Made by a program: the position numbers and the translations under genes
In this document: positions 50,695 through 63,344 of the stretch, one piece after another
Numbering within the stretch: the stretch's first letter is position 1
Layout of the letters: each line of letters begins with the position of its first letter
Notes under the pieces: model-generated
Database searches by the model: none
What the model saw: the letters and a program-made list of their open reading frames with translations, nothing else
Told to the model about the DNA's origin: nothing
Source of the DNA: Kondoa subrosea
Lineage: Eukaryota
Direction of reading: 5' to 3'
NCBI GenBank assembly: GCA_039545335.1
Contig: BCIN01000002.1
Coordinates: forward strand, 310,001 to 374,000
Length of the DNA stretch: 64,000 nt

Positions 50695-52223
50695 CTACTT
50701 TTCATCCTTAGGTGGTAATTGCGCGACCGCTACAGCCATAGCCTGCAAATTTAATATGTAAGAATTTGGAATCTTGAGAGTATGATCACGTAGGAGACAA
50801 CTTACGGGTGCGAAGATCTTTCTCGTTGCCTCCGGTTCACCCTGGGTCCATAAAATAACTTTCGCGCCAAAGTCCTTCAAGAAATTCGGTTCTTGCTCTT
50901 CACTCTTCCAAGGCAACAATTCCATTGTATTACTTGTATTCTTCTCCAATGTGTTCTTGATCGCGCTCAATTCTTCCCTTGTATAATAAAGCAACACTTC
51001 TCTTCTTCCTTTGGTATTACCCTTCGTAGTAGTCCTTATAAAAGAAGTCAAGATCCCAACGATATCTAAACCCCTTTCTTTGCTCCACTCGGAACAAGCA
51101 TCCTTTATTCCAGACCAACCATCTCTTTTTGACCAATCATCAAAAGAAAGTGGTACAGTAGATAAACCATAAATCCAACCTTGATCTGAAGTGTATTGTT
51201 TGTAATCCCTTCGAAGTAAATCATGTGAAGATAAGTGCGAAATACTGAATTTGGCTTCCTTGAGTGTGTTAAACTTGTCTTCGAACAAGTCTGAGGGAGA
51301 AGAAGCGGAGAAAGAAGAAGAAAGACCTAGCGGTTCTATAAGGAAGGAAAGAGCTTGCATGTCCGTTGGAGTGGCTTTGCCTTTGGGCTCTTGCTTGAAA
51401 TTGGCAGTATCGATAAGTTGTGCTCTGCAAAGTTGTCGTCAGCATCCTTTCATATGATATATGCACCGACTTACGATAGGATGAGATTCGCTAACTCCGC
51501 AGGAAACGCCTTAGGTGAAAGAAGTTTGGCGAAATGTGATGTTACGATAGATGAGCAAGAACCACATGGAACGATGATAGTCCTTGGATTAGCTGATCGA
51601 TGATGACCTTCATCCGCATGGTGATCGAGTATACCCACAACTGAATCTTCTCCATTACCAAAATCAGGTGACAGACGATTGTGATCCACTAAAGCGAAAG
51701 AAACACCCAAGTTCTTCAGATCAAAAGAAGACAGATCATCAAGCAAGAGCAGATCTTCCGAATTTATTCCGCTCGCTTTGAAGCTCAATTCGTTTTCATG
51801 CCTTAGGCGCAAATCACTGCGGTTGCAGCGGAAGAGAGCAGCGAATGATTTTTTCTCGTTTCCCGGTACTTGAGAAGCCAAATAAGTGTATGCTATTGCG
51901 GAAACAGCAGAGTCCAAGTCTGTACCAGAGTCACTTTGAATCTGAGAACAAGAATAACTCTCGTGAATGAGCTCACCTCCGCTCTCGTTTCCCATGACTA
52001 GCACCCAATTTTGCTTATCTTGATGACTTCGTATGGCATTCAAGAAGCCTCGCTTGCTTTTCTTGAGAAAGTCAACAACTGGATTTGACATATTTTGGTT
52101 TGCAACAGAAGGCGGATGGATAGGTAAGGAATAAGCAGGCAAGCGAGAGTCGCAGTATAGAACCGCAATTAGAAGAGTACACAGGAAAGCAGCGAGATAT
52201 TTAGTGCAGCGCTCGACGAGCAT
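50695..52223 (-). CDS. PPX1: Exopolyphosphatase / Prune-like DHH phosphoesterase
   Basis: VMGNESGDLDS, LVDHN, ILDHHADEG, GSCSSIV, LLRRDYKQY, RKIFAP. Confidence 0.9.
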
Positions 52224-52349
52224 GTATGACAGGCAGACGTAAAAGCACTAAAGTGAATGAAATTAATTAATTATGTACATGCAAATACTACAGTAGAATC
52301 TACAGAGAGTATAGAAATGTCCATATAACACATATTAAGATTGATGCCT

Positions 52350-55210
52350 TCACTCCTCAAACCCAGAATCCCGGTCACTATCGGTTTTGCGACTCAAATG
52401 TCTCAAGCTCCTTAAACACAACTCTTTGCAATCCCTCAAAGGTAGCTCTTCTTTGTCTTGAGCCTTGACTTGCCAAACTGGATCGCTGAGCAAAAACTTG
52501 GTAGATGAAACCATTTCTTCCAAATTAGCTTGTTGAGCAGAGTTGAGATCTCTTCGGCTGAGATCTCTTCTAGCGACCAACCACCTCAAGCACACTGTAG
52601 CAACCAAGTCTACACCGTTGAGAGGTTCTTGGTTCAATGAGATTGCTTCATATGCCGTTGGGTTGAGTAATCGAACGAAAGCATGAGCTGAAGCCAAATG
52701 AGAAGCTGGACCAGGTTTAGCCAAAATAGATTGCAAGATCATGCAGATGCTTCGAGCTCCTGTATGATCGTGCGTACCAATACAGAGGAAACCTCGAGTG
52801 ATGAGCGCTAGAGTATGCGAAGGTGAAACAGTGACAGTAGAATCGACAATGGACTTGATTTGATTCAGCATTTGATTTGGTTCAATGTGGAAAGCCAAAG
52901 ATTGATCTGAGTCTTCATCATTGCTTGCCAGGGGTGGACAAAGTGATTTGACTGTTTTTCGGAACAAGTCGAACCACATGGAAGTAAGAGCAGCGTGTAC
53001 TCTCTCTTCCGCCACTCGGAGAAGAGGAAGAGAATCACTAGCCGAGCAGATTCGATAAGAAGGTCGGAAAGCCACTGCACAAGCTGTGTCGTAATTTGAA
53101 GCAAGAGCTGCTTGAGCCCATCCTTCTATCGTTCCGTCAGTCGCTTTCTTCGGTGCAGCGGCTGCGATATTCCAAAAGCGCCGTCTTCGGGAGTAAGGAG
53201 ATGCTTGAGCTGAAAAGACTGAAACGAAAGAAAGAGCCAAAGTCGCATCCACATGGGGTCTTGACATTGTGACTGGCTTTACAGCGAACAGTTCGTCGGA
53301 CCAATAACGCGATTTGACTAGATTATGAAGTCGCATAATAGTGTAGAGCCGACCGACGCGGTAGCATATCGAGTTGCCTGGAAATAGCGCAATTAGTATA
53401 TATGGAGATGAAGTAGTAGCGAAAAACTCACCGAAAGCGCTCTCGACTTCAATTAATCGGACCAATGAAACCACCCTTTCTCTCAACTCTTTTCCTTTCA
53501 GCGAGTTGAAGACCATTGGTCTCAAACCCATCCAAATCAAATAGCTACTCAACCCTTCAACAATCAAGCCCATCAAAGTACCAAGCAATCCAAATCTAGG
53601 AGCATCGCTTAAAACCAACAATGCTTTACGTAATCTTCTGGCATGGTTGATTTGAGTTTCTCGATCTGGTGATTGACTGACAGCTGATTCAGACTCGTGC
53701 AAAGTCTTGAAAGCCATTTGTCTTTTTCCATCAATGATGGGTGAATGACTCGAGGATTCTTCAGAAGAAAACTTGTTGCTGAGATAATGGAAGAGGTTGT
53801 AGAAGATAATGCACCCAGCTATAGAAATCGATAAATAAAGAAGGATGTGGGAAGAAGAAGGTGTGTTTGAAGGTAAAGAAGGTTTAGGGATTGAAGCTTT
53901 CTTGACTAAATTGATTGATTTTGCCCAAGCCTGACTGGTTCCATTTTTGAATGTCGATGCCGTGTCAGGAGAAGAAGCTGCGAAACCAGTTCCAGCTAAT
54001 CCAACCCCAGCGAAAACACCATAGAGCGATCTTCGCGAGCTTCCAGATCCATCAGATGCCGGCGAACCAGAGCTAGAACCGTTGTCTGAGGATGAAGTGA
54101 GAGCGAGTTCATGTTCATAAGCAGCTTGAGCATGAGGTAATTGCCTCAGAATCCGTTCAGCCACTTCGATCCGACTTTGTAAAGCTTCACGTTCTTTCTT
54201 CAAATGTCGGATATAGTCGATACCTTTATCGATGATTATACCTTTGCTAAGCTTGTTTGGAACGACAACACCATCCCTTTTAGATCCAACTGGGAAAGCG
54301 ACTTGAGGCGTTGCGGAAGGTACGATGAAAGCTGATGCCCTTCGAGGTGGCCCAGAAGCACCATCACTCTCTTTCAGATGATCGAGGGCAGGAATAAGAT
54401 GTTGCAGTTGAGTAAGAGAAGAGTTGATCTTGGTGCGATATCGCTTCTCAACGGCATCTTCAAGGTCGTAAGCATCCAGTACAGACAAACCCAAGGGCAG
54501 GAAGACTCACTATGACCCGTCGGACCCTCTTCGTTGACCTCCTCTTGGACTTCCTGAGCAGCATCTTCCGCCAATTTCCTTTTCTTGGCAGCCGTTTGCG
54601 AGGTAGGTTTCTTTGGTGCAGGTGTAGGCACCAAGAGTGTTGGTTCAGGAAGAGGTACGAATGCTCGATTCTTATCTTCTGCCTTTGCCTTCTTGGGCAG
54701 AGGTTTTTGAAGAACCGAAGGAGCTTGACCTGTATAAGGTAATTGTGAAGTAGTCGAGTAGGGAGAAAGACCAGATGCTGCCATGACTGCTCCATGTGAG
54801 TGAGAAATGGAGTGCCTTGGAATTGGATGGGCTTGCGTTGTTGACATTCCAGGATAATTGAAATCGGCGGCATTCAAGCCAAATGTGGGATCCAAACCAA
54901 ATTGCGGTGTACCCTCATAGCCAGCATTGAAGTTGAAGTCTACATTGGTAGCAACATGACCAGTGTACATAGTCTCAGTTGCAGGAGCCATCGAAGTTAT
55001 TTGCACCGGTGGGAATGTAGGTGATGTCAGGAATGCAGGAATGCCCAAGTCATCAAACGATGCAGAGAGGTAGCTCTGATCACTGGCGCATCCTAAGCTT
55101 GTGTCAGGACTCAGTGAACTGGCAGAAGGTGGCCCAGATTTCTGAAAGAATTGAGAATAGAACGATTGAAAGTCTTGGTCATCTTGTTGCACTGCCAGGA
55201 AGCCGTCCAT
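52350..55210 (-). CDS. SRE1: SREBP-type membrane-anchored bHLH-Zip transcription factor
   Basis: Spliced basic region GHNAVEKRYRTKIN carries the SREBP-specific Tyr; helix 2 LSKGIIIDKGIDYIRHL; two hydrophobic segments (LYGVFAGVGLAG; ILLYLSISIAGCIIFYNLF); long C-terminal regulatory domain. Confidence 0.8.
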
Positions 55211-55406
55211 GGCTACAGGCTATCTTGTGTTTGGAATCTCCTGGGCTGCAGTTGTAGGACTTTCAGAGCAGATTTCAATGATTGTTGCAAAATAAGCCGC
55301 GACTCCCAAATCAGACCATTTCGGCGAACTCTGAAGATCGCCGTTTCTTAAGTGCGGAGCCGTCGGAGGAGAATTCTCACTAAGGGGTTACAACAGGCTA
55401 TAGCTA

Positions 55407-57108
55407 CTACATTGATGCAGGCATATCGCACACCGTCAGAGCTTCCGAAAGAAGAGAAGTCTGATACAATTTGCCCTTATACAAAATCGCATTGGTTGAT
55501 ATCTTCGCTAGACCTCTGCCAGGATCTGTGAAGATTGTACGAAGTCTGTACCTGCGCACAAGAGTCAGAATAGACAGCATATGTCCACATCAAGACAAGA
55601 CTCACTTGTGTCCATAGAACGCTTGTTCGCTTGTATTGTTTTGTATGCTGAAGACTGTAGCTGGTAAGACTGCATTGATCCGATCACTTGCAACTTCAGC
55701 ATTCAGTGCTCGTCCAAAGTCGCCGAGCCTGTCAAATTAATTAAGCATGCTGCAACCCAATGCCATCAAGAGTCTAACCTAGGCAAGCCCGCTCTGTCAT
55801 TTAACGGTGAGAAGATACTGTCATACAGAATTGATGAACCTTACACTATCACAGCGCCAGATTCAGTAACATGAATGTTATCAACCGGCATGAGCATCTT
55901 GATCTGATCGAGTTCGATGAATGTGAAATCCGCTTGTTTTTCCAGCACATGAACAATGCCTCTGTAGGTTTCGGCGACATAGTACACATCCCCAGGACCC
56001 TATTTCGATGACTCAGTAAGACTGTTTATGACATCTTTTGCAAGACTCACTTTCGCAATACCATTCGGATGTTTCAAGCCCTCGTAGACTTGCTTACATC
56101 CTTGTTTCACATCGCAATGTACTATATCGGAAGATGACATTCCCAAGTATAGAGCGTTCCTTCTTCGAAGGCCAGTCTTGGTAGCATGATCGTTTGTAAC
56201 GTAAAAAGAAGTAGCAGAAGTAGCAGCGATATTGTTTGGAGCTCTAATATATTCATCCCTGCGTGAATCATGTCAATGATCAATAATCAATTTGCGGCTA
56301 CAAGAGCTGTCATACCTCATTGTTCGCACATATCGCAACTCGGTCATTCCTGAACTCCAATTGCCTTCATATACTTCAATAACGCTATCTGCGCCTTCTC
56401 TTGTCGCAGCGTCCAAATCGCCATCAATTGCAGCTTGAGGCGGTTTATGATTGATGAGGAAAACAGTTGCCAATCCATCTTCAAGCCAGACGTCTAACCC
56501 GTGTGTTAAGAACAAGCCAACTTGAGCATCCGCAGGTCGACCGGTGAGTTGGAGTCGACGGACAGAATCGGTTTTGGTATCGTAAAGGGCTACGTAGCTG
56601 TTTGTAGCTGCATCATCTGACCAAGGTCTAGGTATGCCTGAAAGATCAAGGTTGTGTCTGCAGTTCAGAAGTATGAGAAGATTGTTCAGAATCATTGTTT
56701 AGCAGTGCGAACATACGTTGGAGTGAACCAGAAACGCTTGATAGCAGGATCAGTACATGCAAGCAGTGAAAGCCCAGTCGCGTGGCTATAACGAAGCTTT
56801 AGATCCAGCGAGTGTACAGGAGATTCAGACGTACTCTAAGTACTGATCTTCGCAGCCTGAGAGCAGATCCTTCAGCCTCATAAGTGCGTAAATGTGCAAA
56901 GACTGCTCACCTCGCAATTCCGGGATGGCTGTACAATGTTGGTTATTCTTTGAACCCACACGATAACCTAAGCCTAGAAAAGAGATCCTGTGCGAGATTA
57001 GCCTAACTCAATATGCATGACTATTTAGACCTACTGGGGTAATACGTGGGTAAACCAACCACCAGCAAGTCCTGCTGCAAGTAGGACCAAGATCGACCAG
57101 CTCAGCAT
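55407..57108 (-). CDS. Paraoxonase/arylesterase-like six-bladed beta-propeller hydrolase with N-terminal signal anchor
   Basis: MLSWSILVLLAAGLAG; CED motif; THGLDVW, VFLINH, SVIEVY, APNNIAA, FYVTNDH, HPNGI, MPVDNI. Confidence 0.88.
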
Positions 57109-57290
57109 ATAGTGTGGTGCTCCTGCAGTCTGCTGTTTGCTAGGCTGCTTCTGCGTTCGCTTCGAATTGCTCTCTTGTAGCAGACTTGTCTTCTCTGTTG
57201 CCGTATCCATTTCTGTCTTTTGGAAGCCTGTCTGTTCACTATCTCTTCCTCTATATTCCTCACGTCTGCGAATTTCACTGTGTTTGGTTT

Positions 57291-58330
57291 ATGAGCAAGT
57301 ATGTAATAATTTCCGTCAGACTGGCATTTTAGATGTCGATTCATTATTATTCTTCACGATAGTTTTCCTTCATGGCTCTCTATCAAGCCTCTCGAAACAA
57401 CTGCTGGAATTCAAGTCGAACAGGATATTGAGACGTATGGAATCGCTGGACGGTAAGTGTTGTCTCTGTCTGTTTTTGCTGTAAGCTAAATGATCACAGC
57501 ACATGGGAAGCTTCTATACATTTCGTAAACTATGTACAAGCATCAGCAGAAGCAATTGCGAAGAACATCAAATGTTTGTATACCCCCATTTTTCCTCTGT
57601 CCCAAAGACACAAAACCAGCTTCACAATCTTGGATCTGGGCAGTGGAACAGCTTTTGCGGCTCTCAACCTCTCCAGACACCTTCATAGTAGCGATACTAT
57701 AATCCTTACCGATCTGCAAGAAGTTACAAGCCTGCTGCAATCGAACGTCAACAAGCTTCTCACAACTAGTCAATCAAGTCCTAAAATCCTCGTTCGGTCT
57801 CTTGATTGGTTCAAAGCGGAAGAAAGAAGTCGCATTGAGCATGAATTTCCACGATTGGACGCAATAATGGCGTACGATTGAAACCCTGTTTCAATGATGA
57901 TTCCGCTCACAATTTCTGCTTTAGTTGCGATCTGTTCTACTTCAGAGAACTATATGGACCTCTATTACGAACTTTCTTGGCGTTAGCTACTGATCCTTAT
58001 ATGCCCGTAAGCTCAATTCCAATTCTTTCCGGTATTCCAGCTCATAACATTCGTAAGATCATACTAGCTTATTGTGTAAGAGATTTAGCTAAAGAACAAC
58101 CTTTCTGGAATGCCTTTGGTTATTGGTTCTCTTACGAGCAAGTCCAAACACCCCTCGAAAAGGATCAACAAAACGTCTTTCTTTTCATCGCTTATCGGAA
58201 AGCATCTAGACTTGCGGAAAGTGTACCGGAACATGACGAGATGTTGATCTATGGCAAAGCTTCAGAAACGTTTGAAAGCCTTCTCCTTTCGAGGATCAGT
58301 GTGGATGAGGATGATGAAGAGATCAAATGA
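57291..58330 (+). CDS. Class I SAM-dependent protein methyltransferase (Methyltransf_16/METTL21-like)
   Basis: MSNFPSWLSIKP...YGIAGRTWEAS, ILDLGSGT, ILTDLQEV, RSLDW, CDLFYF, KEQPFW. Confidence 0.88.
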
Positions 58331-58777
58331 AGTTATGAGCACCATGAACGAGTGGTACAGTTTCCAAGGGAAGAATCTCTTTAGGAACGTGCTGTAAGTG
58401 AACTATACGTTAATAGACTTCTCAATAACTGATTAACTCAAAATTAACTCAAATAGATGACACTGCTGCCTGAAACATCTCGTCGAGGCGAATGTACGAA
58501 GAGAGCTGGAATGTGTAGCACCTCAGATATAATTCTTGTAATTGCAGGGCACCTCAAGGCCAAAGACAATTGAATTAAATCGCGGGACTGCTCTTGCTCA
58601 CCTCGATGGAATCAAGGAACTGATCAGCGGTGTGATGTAGAAAGGAGAGAAAGGCTGGGCAGGACAAGGGCTGTACTAAAGAAAGAGACAGCAAGAAGGC
58701 TCAAGAGACTGTATACACAATTGCATTATCTTTCGGCTGTTGCTCGATCATAGGTGTCTGATGCTGTAACAGTGTCA

Positions 58778-60203
58778 TCATCTGCTACCCATTCGCACTA
58801 TTCCAGCCTGTTGTAACTTTTGAATATTGGCTCCTGCAAAAATAGAACACTCATTAGCCATACGTATAGCAAAAGCATAGCGTCGTCATTTACTAAAGGT
58901 AGGATTCTTCATGTGTTCCATCAATGCAGCAGGATCATCTTGAGCTTGTTGCAGAATAGCTTGCATGGATGGATCTTGCATGATTTTCTGTTTTACCCCA
59001 AACATCATCAGTCTTTTACCTCATCGAGTGAAGAAAAGTGAGTGACTCACAGCAATAGCAGGATCTCTCATTGCTCTCTGTACACGTTCTTCATCTGTTT
59101 CGTTTGAATCTTGAGTGTACATAGCTTCCATAATCTTTCTCTCTTGATTCACAATCTCAGTCTTGTTCTTACCATCTACATCTGCAGTTTTCGCTTCCAT
59201 CAAAGCATCAGAAGCTTGAGAGTATTCCTTCATCGCAAACTTGACGTGAGATTTTCGAATGTACGCTTTGACTGTGAGATGGAAATCGACGCAATCAACA
59301 TCTGAAGCTGATTTGTATCGAAAATCCACGCACCGAATTTAGGATCAATCTTGATTGCAGATTCAGCGTCTTTTAATGCTTCGTTCAGCGCAAGGAGTTT
59401 GGTATAAGCTGTTGCTCGATTGTTGTAAGCTTTCGGATCCTCTGGATTGCGCTTGATGGCTTCTGAATAGTGTTTGACCGAACCCGCAAAATCACCAGCC
59501 TGTGCATTGTCCGGCCTTAGGTATTCGCAAGGCGAAAACTCAGAGCTCGAGAACACACCTTGAAGCAAACATTGCCTTCTTCTCGCGCTTTATCACTCAA
59601 GGCAGGATCAATGTAAGCTTTCCTATCTGCTTCGCTTTTAGCTTTCTCGGTCTGCAAGCGGAGTCCTCAATTACGGTCTCAGAAGTGAATGACCATGCAA
59701 CTTACGTCTTTCAGCTTTTGCAGGATATCAGGCGTTCGATGTTCTGTGAGAGACTTGTTGACTGTAGGTAGACGTAGAAGAGATGTTAGCGTCACATGGT
59801 GCGGCAAGGGGCCAGACAACCTACAGAACTTGATTGCATTGTCATAATCTTCTTTCTTCAAGTAAGCTGTCCCTATCCTTCCAAAAGACCTACAGACAAG
59901 AGCAGGCCGAGTAAGAAGAGGAATGCTATAACCCAACGGCACAATGTAAAGGCCGCACTTTGCTATAGTTTTGTAATCTGCTCGAGTATCTCTGGCATCA
60001 TCCACAGCTTTCTGAGCTGTCTCTATGGATTCATCCAGTTGACCATTCTCATACTGGGCTGCTGCCAAGTTGTTGAGGTAGACCACATCTTTGTCGAGCT
60101 CGTATGCAGCTTTGAAGTGATCTATCGCTTGATCGAATCGTCGCGCTTTGTAGGCTTCATTGCCTTTCGCCTTGCGTGTTTGAGCTTCTTCTTTGCCTGA
60201 CAT
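58778..60203 (-). CDS. STI1: Hsp70/Hsp90 co-chaperone STI1/HOP, short form (TPR2A-TPR2B-DP2)
   Basis: KAKGNEAYKARRFDQA, YLNNLAAA, RADYKTIAK, KSLTEHRTPDIL, AYIDP, YSEAIKRNPED, RAMRDP, IMQDPSMQAILQQAQDDPAAL. Confidence 0.92.
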
Positions 60204-60459
60204 CCTCTTTGCAAAGTCTTGGTAGTATTGGGTCAAGCGAGCTCTTGACTTCGAAGAAAGGTGATGATGCTTTTTCTGGAACCATTCTTATTCATTCTCG
60301 CTTTCGCATTCTCGATTGGCCAGCATGTAGAAAAGGAGTAGATTGCAAGCGTGGACTCGAAAGATCGCGATCTCCAGTACATTGCCCGACCCAACTTGTT
60401 CACTTTCCCCTATCAAAAAATGGGCTCAGGTGCCCGATCTCCATTCCGTCATGCAGTCT

Positions 60460-60610
60460 TGTTTTCTTCTCCTTCTACCTTTTCGCGCCCTTCCTTTTTC
60501 CTCTTCTTGTCTTGATTCATATATCTTCTCTCGAAAATCTTGCATCTTGTTCTCGTTCACTTCTCCCTTGTTCTTGTTACTGCATAACTTTCAACTACTC
60601 TCCTTTATAC
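60460..60610 (+). promoter_or_regulatory. Pyrimidine-rich tract in the 430-bp divergent STI1/hoxX promoter
   Basis: CT-rich stretch immediately upstream of the hoxX ATG, typical of fungal core promoters/leaders. Confidence 0.4.
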
Positions 60611-60632
60611 AATACAAGAACGCGTCTAAACA

Positions 60633-63344
60633 ATGAAGATCCTCTTTCTTACTACAGCGCACAACTCTCTGAGTCAAAGATTGGCTCTCCTACTCACATC
60701 ACAACCTCACAACCACTCCGTCACGGTCGAACTAGCACTCAATGAAGCATGTATGCTTGAAGCTGTTCAATTAGCGAAACCAGATGTCATCTTATGCCCT
60801 TTCTTGACGCGTCGAGTACCTAAAGAAATTTATGAGAACAACATTTGTTTGATTGTGCATCGTAAGTCAATCCAAAGTGATTCCATAATGATCATTGAAG
60901 CTGAATTCTTACACTTGGACACAGCCGGTCCACCTGGAGATTCTGGTCCTTCTTCTCTGGATTGGTTCTTGTTAGGCGATGATGGAGCTCAAGCAGACCC
61001 AACTCTAGCTCTTACAGCAATCATCGCAAGTCCAACTTCTTCACTCCCTCCAATCAGGTATTGGGGAGTTACAGTCTTACAAGCAGAAGAAGAATTGGAT
61101 GCTGGACCAGTTTACGCTTTCTCCCAATTCACCGTTCAAAATGGGATTGCTAAATCGGATTTATATCGATCTCAAGTTACTTATGCTGCTCAACATGCTG
61201 TTTTGGCTGCTTTGGAATTGGTTCAAGCGAAACAATCACCAAAGGAAGAGAATAGACTGTACAGCGTTCCAGATGGCAGAAAATGGTTGGGTTGTCAAAC
61301 TAGGGAACGACCTTTACTAAAAGCATCTCAGAGGGTCAGTAATTTCTTTCATATCATCTAAGTATGAATGAAACTGAAGTGGATGGGACTGTTATGACAG
61401 GACTTCGATCCAACTAAAGAAAATGCAGATGTTGTTTCCCGCAAATTACTGGCATCCAATTCTCAGCCTGGCGTTCTATCTCGCTGTCTCTCTTCAGTCT
61501 TACAAGACAGTCAATCTTCACTTTTCCTCTATGGTGGTCAATTAGAACCTGTTCTTCCACCATCATTCAAAGCTATTCCTGGTCAAATTATCGCTCAAAG
61601 GGATGATGCGATCTTACTCGTTTGCGCAGATGGAAAAGCAGTCTGGATCACTCACGTTAGGGAACCCAAAACTAAAGAACAAGTTCACTTGAATGTCAAA
61701 TTACCTGCTATGATTGGTTTGAAGTTCAAAGAAGGAAGGATTCCACCTGTTTGGGAATACGGGTCTTTCAGTAAAGAAGAAGAAGGATCAGGAAGGAAAG
61801 AAGTTTGGATCGAATGGGAGAAAACTACTGCTGCTAATTTGTTGAGACTGGAAGGACCTTTGGGAGATCTAAGGCCTGGCGCTTTACCTCTTGGTGAGTT
61901 TTCTTCTAATATCACATGGATATGAGGCTTCGTACTAATTTTTTGTTATGTATAGATGACTACAGCTCAACTGAACCTTGCTCGATCGCTTTCGTCCATT
62001 TCGACTTCATCAATGGTGCATCCTCGACTACTCAATCTCGCTTGCTCCTGAGTGCATTGAAGCATGTCATCGAACCTTCTTCTGCTCCTGCTGGTCATCC
62101 ACTTCGAGCTTTAGTCATGATGGGTGGAGAACAATTCTTCAGCAACGGGATTCATTTATCAGTCATTGAAGGTCATGAAGATCCAGCAGGCGAATCTTGG
62201 AGACAAATCAATGCGATTGATGATGTTTGTGAATTCCTGCTATCTATGAATTTGCCTGCGTAAGTTTCTCTTTTACTTCCCTACATAGTAGATCTCAAAC
62301 TGAATTTTACGGTACAGTCGCAATATTGTTACTGTTTCTGCTATTCGAGGTAACGCAGCGGCAGGTGGTTTCGCTCTCGCAACTTGCTGCGATATTGTCG
62401 TTACATCTGAACAAGCTACTCTCAATCCGCATTATCGCGGTGTGGGTCTTTATGGATCTGAATACCATACTTATACATGGAGAAAGCGATTGGAGAAGAC
62501 TGGGCAAGCAGATGCCAAGTTTGAAGAGATTACAAAAGGTTTATTACCGATGAGCAGCACTCAAGCTAAAATTCTTGGTTTGATCGATGAAGCGATTCCT
62601 TACTCTGGTGAAGATGCGAATCAACACATTTCCAAAATGGTCAAAATGGCTCTTTCTCGTCGTGTGGGATCTCGCAACTTTGGTTCAGTATCGCCTTGGT
62701 GTTTACCCCTCAGCCAAAGCTTACCTTCTGGCGCTCCTCTTCTTCCTGCTCTACTTCAAGGCAAACTCAAGACCTTCAGCACCCTCACTACACCTCTAGC
62801 TGAAGTCCGTCGCTTGGAGCTAGACGAGATGATGCAAGACTTCTTTCATCCTCATCGATCTCAACGGTACAATGATCGTCGAATCGCCTTCTCCCGCAAA
62901 ATCGCACCCAAAACTTCTCCGATGCGTTTCGCTTTGCATCGTCGCTTTTGTGACTGGTCGGGCGTCAAAAGAGATATCGAAGAAACACCTGAATTCGATA
63001 CTCTGGAACCTTCTGCATCTCTGGAACCATTCCCTCTCTTACCGGCTGTTCATATACGACAGATTACACCGCAGCCTATCGACATCGATGATCAAAGCGT
63101 TCCTTCACTTACTTCTTCGCCTACTTCTGTTGGATCCTTGTCTTTGGCTGAACCGAATCCACAGTACGAGCCACCCATGTCCTTGGCAGAGAGGTACCGT
63201 CGCAACAGCTCAATAATCTCTTGGGCTTGTATTGGCGAAGGAGGAAAAGAAGAAACCATTCATCAACCTCTTTTCCCTTGCTTGTATGAACAGATGGAGA
63301 AAGAAGGGGTAGAGATGACTGCTAGTCTTGAAGTATGTGTTTGA
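60633..63344 (+). CDS. hoxX: HoxX/HypX-like protein (N10-formyl-THF formyltransferase domain plus enoyl-CoA hydratase/crotonase domain); 4 introns (60862-60924, 61335-61400, 61894-61955, 62260-62317)
   Basis: MKILFLTTAHNSLSQRL, DVILCPFL, IVHPGPPGDSGPSSLDW, WGVTVLQAEEELDAGPV, DFINGASSTTQ, FFSNGIHLSVIE, ESWRQINAIDDV, GNAAAGGFALA, LNPHYRGVGLYGSEYHTY. Confidence 0.92.

Noticed and set aside
60248..60300. Possible heat-shock element upstream of STI1 (TTCtgGAAccaTTC)
   Set aside because: Only two correctly spaced nGAAn units; the third is out of register.
60176..60745. 189-aa ORF across the STI1/hoxX promoter
   Set aside because: Non-ATG start, low-complexity translation of a CT-rich tract, and it overlaps both real genes.
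60633..63344. Bacterial contamination as the origin of hoxX
   Set aside because: It has four canonical spliceosomal introns, composition like its neighbours, and contiguous fungal flanking genes.
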